Shown: positions 1-13,935, counted from the first letter of the stretch. The stretch is 64,000 bases of DNA from Treponemataceae bacterium (GCA_963667725.2 CAXXHO010000005.1:864001-928000); one strand, 5' to 3'. The notes: generated by a model not told the origin, from the letters alone. Numbers and translations are program-made.

Positions 1-236
1 CACAAGTAGCGTATATATCTTTATAGTCAGCTTTGGGATTTCCGCAATAGGGAAAGTCATCAAAAGCACGAAAAAAACGCTTTTTTTGTATAGTAAACAG
101 TGCGTTAAAATAGTATAAAATATTTTAATATAACAAGATAATAGTCGTCGCCCATCGTTGTTGGCCGAAATTTGAAAAGAAGGCGTAAAATTAAAAAAGG
201 AAGGCTTTTCTCCGATACGCACATCTTCTGAACGAG

Positions 237-257
237 TTATCCACAGTTTGTGCACAA
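237..257. promoter_or_regulatory. DnaA boxes (perfect TTATCCACA plus palindromic TTGTGCACAA), candidate oriC element
   Basis: TTATCCACA at 237-245; TTGTGCACA (one mismatch to TTATNCACA) readable on both strands at 248-257; AT-rich tract at about 80-145; upstream of gyrB. Confidence 0.7.
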
Positions 258-303
258 TCTCGCTCAGTCGATCTTGGGATAGGGGAAAAGAGGTCGCGAT
301 CGC

Positions 304-332
304 TTTACTATTATTGTTTCAATCGATATAAT
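304..332 (+). promoter_or_regulatory. sigma70-type promoter of gyrBA
   Basis: TTTACT(304-309)-17 bp-TATAAT(327-332). Confidence 0.55.
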
Positions 333-398
333 GATCCCGTTCAGGGACGAATGGTTTTTCCTTGGGTTAAAGGCAAAACCCTCTGTATACAACAATAA

Positions 399-2330
<1,932 letters not shown>

Positions 2331-2342
2331 GAAAGCGATAAA

Positions 2343-4922
2343 ATGGCAGAAACTGGAAGATTGATATCAGTCCCGATCGAAGACGAAATGAAGACCGACT
2401 ATCTCACCTACGCGATGTCGGTCATCGTGGCCAGGGCTCTCCCCGACGTCCGCGACGGGCTCAAGCCCGTCCACCGACGCATCCTCTACGCGATGGAAGA
2501 GCTGGGGCTACGCTATAACGCGGCGACGAAAAAATGCGCCCGCATCACCGGCGACGCGATGGGAAAATACCATCCGCACGGCGACTTTTCCCTCTATGAC
2601 GCCCTCGTCCGCATGGCCCAGGATTTTTCGCTGCGCTATCCCCTCGTCTACGGCCAGGGCAACTTCGGCTCCATCGACGGCGATCCGCCCGCGGCCAGCC
2701 GCTATACCGAGGCCAAGCTCTCCCGCCTGGGCGAGGAGATGCTGGCCGATTTGGACAAGGATACCGTAGTCTTCGGCCCCAACTACGATGAGTCGCTAAC
2801 GGAACCGCTCGTCCTGCCTTCGGCCTTTCCCAATCTTCTCGTCAACGGCTCTTCCGGCATCGCCGTCGGCATGGCCACCAACATGGCGCCCCACAACCTT
2901 CTGGAAGTGGGCGAAGCCATCGCCGCCTATATAGAAAATCCCGACATAGATCTCGAAGGCCTGATGAGGCACATAAAAGGCCCCGACTTTCCCACTGGCG
3001 GCATCATCTTCGGTCGGGAGGGCATCAGGGACGCCTATACGACGGGGCGGGGCAAGATCATCGTCCGCGGCAAGTTCATCATCGAGATGATGAAAAACGG
3101 CAGAGAGCAGATCGTCTTCACCGAAATTCCCTATGCCGTGAACAAGACGACCCTCATCACGCGCATCGCCGATCTCGTGAGGGACAAGATCCTCGACGGG
3201 GTCTCCGACCTCAGGGACGAGAGCGACAGGGACGGTCTGCGCATGGTGCTCGAGCTCAAGAAAGGCGCCATCCCCAAGCTCGTCCTCAACAGGCTTTTTA
3301 CCCATACGGCATTGCAGTCCACCTTCGGCGTCATCAACCTCGCCCTCGTGGACGGAAGACCTAAGTGCTTATCCTTAAAGGAATTAGTTTCATTATTCGT
3401 CAAGCATCGCGTCGACGTGGTTACCCGCAGGTCGCGCTTCGAGCTGAGAAAGGCCGAAGAAAGAGCCCATCTCCTGCGCGGCATGGTCATCGCCCTGCGG
3501 AACATCGACGAGGTCGTGGCCATCATCAAGGCCAGCAAGAACGTGGAAGTGGCCAGACTGGCCCTTCAGCAGCGTTTTGAGCTGAGCGAGGTACAGGCCC
3601 AGGCCATCGTCGACATGAGGCTTGGAAGACTCACCAGTCTTGAAACTGAAAAGATCCTCGCCGAATTGGCCGAAATCGAGGCGAAAATCGCCTATCTCCA
3701 GGAACTGCTCGCCAGCGATGTCTTGATACTGAATGTCGTCAAACAGGAAACCATAGATATCGCGAAGAAATACGGCGACAAGCGCCGTACGGAGATCGTC
3801 GCTTCCAACGTTGAAGCCATCAATATCGAAGATCTGATCAAACCCGAGGAAATGGCCATTCTCATTTCCAACAAGGGTTTCATAAAGAGGGTTTCCGTAC
3901 ATCTCTACAGGTCTCAGGGCCGAGGCGGAAAAGGTTCCAATTCCACGACCCTGCTGGAAGAGGATTTTATAGAACAACTCTTTGTGGCCAATACACATAA
4001 CTATCTTCTCTTCGTCACCAGCGCCGGAAAGGCCTATTGGCTGAAGGTGCACGAAATTCCCGAATCGAGCAGGCAGGCGCGCGGCGCTCACGTGAAGAGC
4101 CTGTTGGCCATCTCCCCCAACGAGGAGATAACGACCATCATCGACTTCAAGGAATTTTCGGACGATCAGTACATCCTCATGGGTACGCTCAGGGGTGTGG
4201 TCAAAAAAGTAGCCTTGAAGGACTTCATAAACGCCAAAACGCGCGGAATTATCGCCATTTATCTCGACGACGGCGATAAACTCGTGTCGGCATGCCTTAC
4301 GAATGGTTCGGACGAAGCCGTCCTCATCACGAGAAACGGCCAGGCCCTGAGAATCCACGAAGAGCAGGTGAGGGTAATGGGACGCGCTTCCCGAGGCGTT
4401 CGCGGCATCATGCTCGCCGACAGCGACGAGTTGACGGCCATGCTTCGCGTAAACGACGAAGAGCTGATGCTTCTTTCCACCACCAACGGCTACGGGAAAC
4501 GCGTGGCCTACGACAACTTCTCCAGCCATGGGCGCGGAACGAGAGGCCAGATGATCTACGTTCCGGACGATGTTTCGGGCGAAGTGGTCGGCGCCGTCTC
4601 CATTTCCGAACAAGACGAGGCCATGATAATCACTTCGATGGGCAAAACCATCAAAATCGAGGCGGAAACGGTCAGAATCCTGGGCAAGGGAGCGCGAGGC
4701 GTGCGAATCGTCAACATCAACGCCCCGGATTACGTCATTGGGCTTGATAAGGTCGTGATGGACGAAAGCGAAAAGATAGCCAACGCCGGTTCATTGACTG
4801 ATGTCCTGGCTGATGCGTCGATTGGCGGCACGAGCGATATCGGAATTGAAGTTCTCAACGACGATGAAGAAGCCGAGGGTTCTGTCCGGCCAACCGAAGA
4901 ATCGGAGAATGATGAAAACTGA
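2343..4922 (+). CDS. gyrA: DNA gyrase subunit A
   Basis: [22 protein letters not shown], catalytic SRYTE, GyrA-box QGRGGKG, beta-pinwheel repeats, acidic tail. Confidence 0.98.
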   Translation: MAETGRLISVPIEDEMKTDYLTYAMSVIVARALPDVRDGLKPVHRRILYAMEELGLRYNAATKKCARITGDAMGKYHPHGDFSLYDALVRMAQDFSLRYPLVYGQGNFGSIDGDPPAASRYTEAKLSRLGEEMLADLDKDTVVFGPNYDESLTEPLVLPSAFPNLLVNGSSGIAVGMATNMAPHNLLEVGEAIAAYIENPDIDLEGLMRHIKGPDFPTGGIIFGREGIRDAYTTGRGKIIVRGKFIIEMMKNGREQIVFTEIPYAVNKTTLITRIADLVRDKILDGVSDLRDESDRDGLRMVLELKKGAIPKLVLNRLFTHTALQSTFGVINLALVDGRPKCLSLKELVSLFVKHRVDVVTRRSRFELRKAEERAHLLRGMVIALRNIDEVVAIIKASKNVEVARLALQQRFELSEVQAQAIVDMRLGRLTSLETEKILAELAEIEAKIAYLQELLASDVLILNVVKQETIDIAKKYGDKRRTEIVASNVEAINIEDLIKPEEMAILISNKGFIKRVSVHLYRSQGRGGKGSNSTTLLEEDFIEQLFVANTHNYLLFVTSAGKAYWLKVHEIPESSRQARGAHVKSLLAISPNEEITTIIDFKEFSDDQYILMGTLRGVVKKVALKDFINAKTRGIIAIYLDDGDKLVSACLTNGSDEAVLITRNGQALRIHEEQVRVMGRASRGVRGIMLADSDELTAMLRVNDEELMLLSTTNGYGKRVAYDNFSSHGRGTRGQMIYVPDDVSGEVVGAVSISEQDEAMIITSMGKTIKIEAETVRILGKGARGVRIVNINAPDYVIGLDKVVMDESEKIANAGSLTDVLADASIGGTSDIGIEVLNDDEEAEGSVRPTEESENDEN

Positions 4923-4949
4923 TCTTGATATGATTGCGGCGTAAAGTGG

Positions 4950-4976
4950 GCTCCCGGGAAACCGGGAGCTTTTTTT
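4950..4976 (+). terminator. intrinsic terminator after gyrA
   Basis: GCTCCCGG-GAAA-CCGGGAGC followed by T7. Confidence 0.85.
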
Positions 4977-4977
4977 A

Positions 4978-4993
4978 TGTTTCACGTGAAACA
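4978..4993. promoter_or_regulatory. parS site 1
   Basis: perfect palindrome TGTTTCACGTGAAACA, the canonical chromosomal ParB site. Confidence 0.9.
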
Positions 4994-5034
4994 TTATGGC
5001 GGTCGTCCGTGAATCATCTTGCCGTAAAGCCAAG

Positions 5035-5050
5035 TGTTTCACGTGAAACA
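5035..5050. promoter_or_regulatory. parS site 2
   Basis: second perfect TGTTTCACGTGAAACA, 57 bp after the first. Confidence 0.9.
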
Positions 5051-5077
5051 TTCGGAGGGGAAGGATGCTGGCTGGAT

Positions 5078-6208
5078 TCAGAATTTTCTGGAAAGCGAGT
5101 AGTCTATGAATTCCTTGAGGATCCCAAGCTTTTCCGCGTCGAGACCGGCGGTGTGGCGGGAAAGCTCGGCGAGACACTGTTCGGCTTTTTGCGCATAGGC
5201 GGCGGAGAGGGCCCTTACCTTGGTATCGATGCCATGGGCTCTCACAAGGTCCCGTATATGATCGACATCCCGCCTGGAGATATCCTGGTTGCCGAATACC
5301 GCGTAGAATCCCGGCTTTTCCGAGTCTTCGAGAACGTGGGTGAGCAGGATCATAAAAGGAGTTTTCTTGCCTTCTCGTATATCCGACCCCACGGGCTTGC
5401 CAAGCTCTTCCTCGTCGCCGAACAGGCCTAGATAATCGTCCTGAAGCTGAAAAAGAACGCCCAAATTCAGGCCGAGCGCCTCCAGGGCAGGGATCGCGTC
5501 GGATCTTCCGGCGACGAGGGCTCCGGCGCAGAGGGGCAGGCATATCGTGTAACGGGCCGTCTTGTAGGTATAAACCTCGATAGTCTCCTCGAGGGCGGGA
5601 ATTTCCGCGCGGGAGCCGAGGCGCACATCCTTTATCTGCGCGAGGCAGACATCGACGAGTTCGCGAGAAAAGAGTTTTCCCATTTCATAGCCAAAGCTTG
5701 TAATTAATTGCCAGGCAATGAAATAGTAGATATCGCCCGCGCATATTCCGATAGCGGCGCCAAGGTCGGCGGCGCCAAGGTCGGCGGCGCCAAGGTCGGC
5801 GGCGCCAAGGTTGGGGCTGCCTGAACCGGCGGCGCCGACATGCGCCGCTTCGATCCTTTCGAACGTCTTGTGCATGGTGGGTTGGCCGCGCCGCATCTCG
5901 TCCTTGTCCATGATATCGTCGTGGACGAGGAGGCCGGCCTGGAAGAACTCGAGGGCCGCGGCGAGCCTCAGGGCTTTCTCGCGGCGAAGCTCTCTTTCCT
6001 CGGCGCCGGCCGAAAAAAGTTCGGAACTTAGGCATGCCAGAATGCCCCGCAGCATTTTTCCCGAGAGGATATAGTCTTTCATGACGGAAAATATCCGTCC
6101 CGAATCGCCGGAAAAGCCGGCGCAAGCGGAACCGCTCGCGGAAAGCTGTTCCTCAATGGCTTCGGCGATGTCTCCGCGCGTCGCGGAAGAATACTCGGAG
6201 AGTGTCAT
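5078..6208 (-). CDS. polyprenyl diphosphate synthase (GGPP synthase-like)
   Basis: GKMLRG, first Asp-rich motif LVHDDIMDKDEMRRG, KTARY, second motif FQLQDDYL, DIREGK. Confidence 0.92.
   Translation of the reverse strand: MTLSEYSSATRGDIAEAIEEQLSASGSACAGFSGDSGRIFSVMKDYILSGKMLRGILACLSSELFSAGAEERELRREKALRLAAALEFFQAGLLVHDDIMDKDEMRRGQPTMHKTFERIEAAHVGAAGSGSPNLGAADLGAADLGAADLGAAIGICAGDIYYFIAWQLITSFGYEMGKLFSRELVDVCLAQIKDVRLGSRAEIPALEETIEVYTYKTARYTICLPLCAGALVAGRSDAIPALEALGLNLGVLFQLQDDYLGLFGDEEELGKPVGSDIREGKKTPFMILLTHVLEDSEKPGFYAVFGNQDISRRDVDHIRDLVRAHGIDTKVRALSAAYAQKAEQCLAELSRHTAGLDAEKLGILKEFIDYSLSRKF
5754..5811. repeat. 15-bp tandem repeat (about 3.9 copies) encoding LGAAD repeats
   Basis: GCGGCGCCAAGGTCG x3 plus a partial copy; protein reads NLGAADLGAADLGAADLGAA. 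Confidence 0.9.
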
Positions 6209-6330
6209 TATGCCCCTTTCGTCATATGTTCTCTCTTTTATAACACGAGTATCCCGAAGGGGACAGGGTTGGCCGCGGTTTTCTACCGCGGAAAACAGAG
6301 GCGGAAGATGAGCGAGCCGATAAAAGCATA

Positions 6331-6362
6331 AAAAGACCTTCAGGCTCGCCTGAAGGTCTTTT
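6331..6362. terminator. intrinsic terminator after the sigma factor gene (symmetric, possibly bidirectional)
   Basis: AAAAGACCTTCAGGC-TC-GCCTGAAGGTCTTTT perfect inverted repeat. Confidence 0.85.
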
Positions 6363-6410
6363 GGATTTCGCTTTTAGCGCGGCGCCAGGATTGGCGTCGA
6401 TTCTCGGCTT

Positions 6411-7283
6411 TCAGGCCACGTAGGCTTCGAGCTTCTCCATCACTTCGGGAACGGAAATCTTCTTGAGCGCGGCTTTTTCAATCTGGCGGATCCTCTCCTT
6501 GGTGAGGTGCATCCTGTCGCCGATTTCCTTGAGGCTCATCGGACGTCTTCCGTTGATGCCGAAGCGATATTCAATGACCTGGCGTTCCTTGATGCTCAGC
6601 GTTTCGAGCACCGTGTTCAGGTCGTCCTTTAGGTTCAGCGCGTAAGCGTAGTTTTCGGGGGACTGGTACAGCGTGTTCTCCACGAAGTCGCCCACGACGC
6701 TGGCGTTTCTCTCGTCGTAAACCGGGCTGTCGAGCGAGACGAGATCCCTGGAAACGGCGATGATGTCCGCCACGTGTTCGGGATCCATGTTGAGGTAGGC
6801 GGCGACCTCCCTGATCTCGGCGTCTTCAGAAATGCCCTCAAAACCTTTGCGCGCTTTTTCGATCTGCACGAGTTCGTTGGCGCGGTTGAGGGGGAGGCGG
6901 ATCATCCTGCTCTTCTCGCAGATGGCTTTGAGAATAGCCTGGCGGATCCACCAGACGGCGTAGGAGATGAAGTGGAAACCCTTCGAGACATCGTAGCGTT
7001 CAATCGCGTTCATCAGGCCAATATTTCCTTCGGAGATGAGATCCGAGAGGGGCATGCCCTGATTCTGATACTTTTTGGCGACATTGACGACGAATCGGAG
7101 ATTGGATTTAACCAGCATGTCCTTGGCGAACTTGTCGCCGGCCGCTGCCTTCAGCGCATATTCATTTTCCTTCTCTCTCGAGAGGAGGGGGATCTTATTG
7201 ATTTCCTTGAGATAGATAGAGAGGACGTTTTCGTCTGAATCGCTGGAACTGAACATCATGTTGGAATTACTTCTTTTGCTCAT
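6411..7283 (-). CDS. sigma70-family alternative sigma factor, RpoS-like (regions 1.2-4, no region 1.1)
   Basis: YLKEINKIPLL, NLRFVVNVAKKY, DLISEGNIGL, SYAVWWIRQAI, TKERIRQIE; AGGAGA RBS. Confidence 0.9.
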   Translation of the reverse strand: MSKRSNSNMMFSSSDSDENVLSIYLKEINKIPLLSREKENEYALKAAAGDKFAKDMLVKSNLRFVVNVAKKYQNQGMPLSDLISEGNIGLMNAIERYDVSKGFHFISYAVWWIRQAILKAICEKSRMIRLPLNRANELVQIEKARKGFEGISEDAEIREVAAYLNMDPEHVADIIAVSRDLVSLDSPVYDERNASVVGDFVENTLYQSPENYAYALNLKDDLNTVLETLSIKERQVIEYRFGINGRRPMSLKEIGDRMHLTKERIRQIEKAALKKISVPEVMEKLEAYVA

Positions 7284-7311
7284 TGTCTTCTCTCCTTGAT
7301 ACTAAGTATAT

Positions 7312-7327
7312 TGCAACATCCGTGCCA
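7312..7327 (-). promoter_or_regulatory. sigma54 (-24/-12) promoter of the RpoS-like gene
   Basis: minus strand TGGCACG-GATG-TTGCA matches the TGGCACG-N4-TTGC(A/T) consensus exactly, 28 bp upstream of the ATG. Confidence 0.85.
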
Positions 7328-7565
7328 AAAACCTTCATCTAATAGAAGTATATGACGATATATTGCTATGTTGTTTTGGTATATATATTTATATAGCGCA
7401 GTCAAGCTTATATAAGAGATCGGGTTCAAAGATACGCGGGGCATTATGCGAAGAATTAACCGTCAAACGTGTCAAAATGACATGGTGCTCTCTGCAGAGG
7501 CGAAAACTGTGTGGTTTTGAAACGGTTCTGCTAAAAAACCTAGGGATCCGTACCGCATTTCGGTT

Positions 7566-8240
7566 CTAAAGTTCCCCGAGGCCGTGCACGCGGCCGCAGC
7601 AGCGGCTAAAGGGAAGGCCCGAACCGCAGATGCAGCGCTGCGAGGGGTCGGCTCGCTGTATCTGGTCCCTGCCGAAGCTTGCCTTGATTGTCCGGCGCTG
7701 CCCTTCGTCGAGCCCGAAGCTGGGAAAGCTAGGTTTGAAATGACGAAAGAAAATAAGTTTCTCGCAGCAGTCGTGATGATCGAGGAGAGAACCGGCCTTT
7801 ATGTTTTTCCAGGCGTCTAGGACTATCCTTAAAACCGTCTCGCGCTCCTGGAAGGAATCGAAGCGGCTTCGCGGTTTCCTGGCCAGGTATGAGGCCATCT
7901 GTATATTCGTGAAAGCGTAAAAATCGTCGAGCTCGGCGGTAGGCTGCTTTCGCATGCCGTATCCGTTGATGTTTCGGAGATAGACACGGCGCGCGAAACC
8001 TCTCCTCCTAAGTTTTTGCGCAGAGGAAAGACTCTTTATCGCGAGCTCGCGTTTATCGAGCCTAAAAAGGGCTACCGAAAGCCAGTAAAGCGTTCGGGAC
8101 AATTCCTCGGAACAGGAAGGCGGCGTGGCTTCGACCGCCAGGCGCAGCGTCTCTATCGCTTTATCAGGTCTGTGGAGGGTCAGTTCCCTGAGGCCTTTAC
8201 GGAGCAACTGTGCCTCATTTTGTCTTTCTTGTTTATCCAT
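7566..8240 (-). CDS. TPR-like protein with C-terminal SEC-C zinc-binding motif
   Basis: helical TPR-like N-terminus (AIETLRLAV, LYWLSVALFRL); C-terminal CICGSGLPFSRCCG; start uncertain (8240 or 8267). Confidence 0.7.
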   Translation of the reverse strand: MDKQERQNEAQLLRKGLRELTLHRPDKAIETLRLAVEATPPSCSEELSRTLYWLSVALFRLDKRELAIKSLSSAQKLRRRGFARRVYLRNINGYGMRKQPTAELDDFYAFTNIQMASYLARKPRSRFDSFQERETVLRIVLDAWKNIKAGSLLDHHDCCEKLIFFRHFKPSFPSFGLDEGQRRTIKASFGRDQIQRADPSQRCICGSGLPFSRCCGRVHGLGEL

Positions 8241-8288
8241 ATATACGCTGCTGATAAAAATATACAAAGGTATTCGCGCGCCGGCAAG

Positions 8289-10517
<2,229 letters not shown>

Positions 10518-10527
10518 GTGAGGGAAA

Positions 10528-11766
10528 TCAGACTTTCTTGAAGATGACGACGGCGTTCTGTCCGCCGAAACCCATGGAATTCTTGATGAAAGCCCTCACC
10601 GGCATGTGGATGCCGACGTTCGGCACGTAATCGAGATCGCATTCGGGATCGGGGTTGTCGTAGTTGATGGTAGCGTGGACGAAATCCTCGTTCATTCCCA
10701 GGATGGAAGCTATGGACTCTATGGCGCCGGCGGCGCCGATGCAGTGGCCGGTCATGGACTTGAGGCTGGAGATCTTGAGCTTGCGGGCGTGGTCGCCGAA
10801 GGCGGCCTTTATCGCCTTGGTCTCTATCGGGTCGTTGAGCGGGGTGGCGGTGCCGTGCGCGCTGACGTAATCGATCTCCTCAGGCCGCATATGGGCGTCG
10901 GCGAGGGCGAGGCTGATGGCGCGCGCCACTCCCCTGCCTTCCGGGTCTGGGGCGGTGATATGGTGGGCGTCGCAGGTCTGGCCGAAACCGACCACCTCGG
11001 CGTAGATCTTGGCGCCGCGCGCCTTGGCGTGCTCATATTCCTCGAGGAGAAGGACGCCGGCGCCCTCGGCCATGACGAAGCCGTCCCTGTCGCGGTCGAA
11101 GGGGCGGGAGGCTTTCTGCGGATCGTCGTTGCGCGTGGAAAGGGCCTGGATGTTGATGAAGGAGGCCATGCACATGCGCACGATGCTCGCCTCGGAGCCG
11201 CCCGAGAAGATCATGTCGGCGTAGTTGTCGCGGATGAGGCGCATGGCCTGACCTATGGCGTCGGTGGCGGCCGCGCAGGCGGTGACGATGCACTGACAGG
11301 GGCCGGTTATGTTGAGCGTGAGGGCTATCTGGGCCGGGCCGAAGTTGGCGAGGCCCTTGGCGACCGTGAGGGGGGGGACGCGGCCCGGCCCTCGTTCGGT
11401 CAGCCGGACCGCCGCTTCCTCTATGCTCGCCGAACCGCCTTGGCCGGTGCCTATGCAGACGCCCGTGCGTTCGGCGTCGAGCGCTTCCTTCGAAAGGCCG
11501 GCGTCCTGGAGGGCCTCGAGGGCAGCATAGACGGCAAACTGGGCGAAACGATCCATTTTTTTCGCCTCTTTGGAGTCCAGGCGCAGGGAGGCGTCGAAAT
11601 TCTTGACTTCGCCGGCAATCTTCACGGCGAGGTCAGAGGATTCGATCATGGTGATGGGGCCGACGCCGGAACGCCCTTCCTTCACCGAAGTCCAAAACGA
11701 GGGAATATCGTTGCCGAGAGGGCTTACGACGCCCAGACCTGTCACTACGACTCTTCTTTGATTCAT
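10528..11766 (-). CDS. fabF: beta-ketoacyl-ACP synthase II
   Basis: RRVVVTGLG, catalytic TACAA, SRPFDRDRDGFV, AHGTAT, GHCIGAAG. Confidence 0.93.
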   Translation of the reverse strand: MNQRRVVVTGLGVVSPLGNDIPSFWTSVKEGRSGVGPITMIESSDLAVKIAGEVKNFDASLRLDSKEAKKMDRFAQFAVYAALEALQDAGLSKEALDAERTGVCIGTGQGGSASIEEAAVRLTERGPGRVPPLTVAKGLANFGPAQIALTLNITGPCQCIVTACAAATDAIGQAMRLIRDNYADMIFSGGSEASIVRMCMASFINIQALSTRNDDPQKASRPFDRDRDGFVMAEGAGVLLLEEYEHAKARGAKIYAEVVGFGQTCDAHHITAPDPEGRGVARAISLALADAHMRPEEIDYVSAHGTATPLNDPIETKAIKAAFGDHARKLKISSLKSMTGHCIGAAGAIESIASILGMNEDFVHATINYDNPDPECDLDYVPNVGIHMPVRAFIKNSMGFGGQNAVVIFKKV

Positions 11767-11768
11767 GG

Positions 11769-12506
11769 TCACATCCCCATTCCGCCGTCGACCTGGAGGA
11801 CGACGCCGGTTACGTATGATGAAAGCGGTGAGCAGAGGAAAAGTGCGGCGTTCGCCGCTTCTTCCGCGCTGCCGACTCTCCCCAGAGGAATGGATTCTTT
11901 CAGTTTCTGCTTGAAATCCTCGGGTATCTTATCAGTCATCGAGGTTTCTATAAAGCCCGGAGCGATGGCGTTGACCCGCAGGTTCCTCGAGGCGACTTCC
12001 CGGGCGAGGCTCTTCGTGAAGCCGATGATGCCCGCCTTGGACGCGGAATAATTGGTCTGGCCGCCGTTGCCCGTGATGCCGACGACGCTGGATACGTTGA
12101 GGATGCAGCCGTCGCGCTGCTTCAGCATGGTCCGGACCACTGCCCTGCAGAGGAGGAAGGCGCTCTTCAGGTTGGTGTCGAGCACGGCGTCCCAATCCTC
12201 GGTTTTCATGCGCATGAGGAGGCCGTCCCGGGTTATGCCCGCGTTGTTTACGAGAATGTCGATCTTGCCTTCCTTGGCGAGAACGGCCGAGACGGCGGCT
12301 TCTATCGATGCCTCGTTCGAGACATCGCAGGAGAGCCAGTAATCCCCGAGGACACCAGCCTCTCCTTTCTCGGATTGGACGGGCGCGCTTCGGGAGAAAA
12401 CGTAGACTTTAGCCCCCTCGGACCGGAACCTGGCGGCTATGGCGGCGCCGATGCCGCGCGAGGCGCCGGTGACGACGCAGATTTTATCGGACAGCAGTTT
12501 TTCCAT
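11769..12506 (-). CDS. fabG: 3-oxoacyl-ACP reductase
   Basis: TGASRGIG, NNAGITRD, YSASK, lies between fabD and fabF. Confidence 0.93.
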   Translation of the reverse strand: MEKLLSDKICVVTGASRGIGAAIAARFRSEGAKVYVFSRSAPVQSEKGEAGVLGDYWLSCDVSNEASIEAAVSAVLAKEGKIDILVNNAGITRDGLLMRMKTEDWDAVLDTNLKSAFLLCRAVVRTMLKQRDGCILNVSSVVGITGNGGQTNYSASKAGIIGFTKSLAREVASRNLRVNAIAPGFIETSMTDKIPEDFKQKLKESIPLGRVGSAEEAANAALFLCSPLSSYVTGVVLQVDGGMGM

Positions 12507-12524
12507 TGATGCATCCTCCGGAGG

Positions 12525-13445
12525 CTAGAGCGATTGTGATGAAATGGCGTCGAGGGTTCCGCCGGCAAGGCAGGGTACTTTCGATCCGAATGCCTTCCAG
12601 AGCCCCGCGAGCACCGTGCCGGGACCGGTTTCGAAGCAGCGTTCGAAACCATCGGCTGCGATGGCGCTTTCCTCGCTGATCCATCGCACGGGGCTTACGA
12701 TCTGCGCCGAGGCGAACTGCTTGGCCTGGGTGCCCGAAGCGATTTTTGTTCCCGTTACGTTGGAATAGATAGCGGCTTTGGGATCGTGAAAAGCGACATC
12801 CTTCAAAACCTCCGCAAAAGCCTCGGACGCGGGCCCCATGATGGGCGAATGGAAGGCGCCCGAGACCTTAAGACGCACGACGCGCTTGGCGCCGGCCGCC
12901 TTGAGCCTTTCCTCGGCCTGGGCCACGTCGGCCTCCGTGCCTGAGATGACGCATTGGACGGGGCTGTTGTAATTGGCCACCCAGACGTTTTTCAGCCCGG
13001 CTTCGGCTATCGTCCGCTCGATCTTGTCGGGAGCCAGAAAGAGCACGGCGCTCATGGTCGATCCGCCGGATTTCCGTCCGGCCTCGTCCATGAGGCGGCC
13101 ACGCTCGGCCACGAGCCTGAACATGTCGAAGAACGAGAGTATTCCGGCCTCAGCCAGAGCCGGCCATTCGCCTACGGAGAATCCGGCGAATCCCGTGGCC
13201 ACGATGCCGTGTTCGCGGGCGCAGAGGGAGGCGGCCGAACCCGCCAGGGCGAGGGAAATCTGCGTATTCTTCGTCTGTTTTAGGGCTTCCTCGTCGCTCT
13301 CGAAGAGGAGCTTTCTCATGTCCGTTTTTGAAGCTTCCGATGCCAGCTCGAAGAGCTGGCGGACAGCCTTGCTCGTATCGTAGAAATCTTTGGCCATTCC
13401 GGGGTATTGGGCGCCTTGTCCGGGAAAAAGAAAGCAGGTTTTCAA
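12525..13445 (-). CDS. fabD: malonyl-CoA:ACP transacylase
   Basis: FLFPGQGAQ, GFSVGE nucleophile motif, VSGAFHS, ETGPG; TTG start after AGGAGG. Confidence 0.92.
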   Translation of the reverse strand: MKTCFLFPGQGAQYPGMAKDFYDTSKAVRQLFELASEASKTDMRKLLFESDEEALKQTKNTQISLALAGSAASLCAREHGIVATGFAGFSVGEWPALAEAGILSFFDMFRLVAERGRLMDEAGRKSGGSTMSAVLFLAPDKIERTIAEAGLKNVWVANYNSPVQCVISGTEADVAQAEERLKAAGAKRVVRLKVSGAFHSPIMGPASEAFAEVLKDVAFHDPKAAIYSNVTGTKIASGTQAKQFASAQIVSPVRWISEESAIAADGFERCFETGPGTVLAGLWKAFGSKVPCLAGGTLDAISSQSL

Positions 13446-13600
13446 GGGTTTTCCTCCTGGGATTTCTCAAACTGCCAAGCTAGGCTCATACGCATAGTAT
13501 AATTTACAAAAACCCGAAAAATGTAAATAGCCGCCAAGGAGGCGAAAAAATGCCATGTTTCCCGCTGGCGAGGGCTTTCCCGCGCGGTTATACTCTTCCA

Positions 13601-13915
13601 ATGCCTACCGATTCGACAATGATGATCGTGGAATGCATCCAATCCATTCCGGCCGGCCGAGTGCTCTCATATGGGGCTGTCGCGGAGATGTCGGGCAACC
13701 CGCTGAGAGCCTCCGGCGCCCGTCAGGTGGCCAGGATTCTCCATTCCATGTCGCGAAAATATGGCTTGCCCTGGTGGCGCGTCGTCAAAAAGGACGGGGC
13801 GATCGCGCTGGGCGCCGGCGAAGGAAAGGATCTTCAGCGTCAGCTCCTGGAAGCCGAAGGCGTCGAATTCTCGGCTTCGGGAAAAATCGACATGATAAAA
13901 TTCGGTTTCCGCTGA
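13601..13915 (+). CDS. alkyltransferase-like protein (MGMT family, Trp in place of the catalytic Cys)
   Basis: IPAGRVLSYGAVA, ARQVA, PWWRVV, QRQLLEAEGV. Confidence 0.85.
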   Translation: MPTDSTMMIVECIQSIPAGRVLSYGAVAEMSGNPLRASGARQVARILHSMSRKYGLPWWRVVKKDGAIALGAGEGKDLQRQLLEAEGVEFSASGKIDMIKFGFR

Positions 13916-13935
13916 ACTAAACGCGGCTTGTCGCC

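Noticed and set aside
4934..5431. 165-aa ORF containing VSRET twice
   Set aside because: VSRET and MFHVKH are translations of the parS palindromes; the rest is antisense to the polyprenyl synthase
5754..5811. Possible CRISPR array
   Set aside because: Head-to-tail 15-mers without spacers inside a CDS; no cas genes in the window
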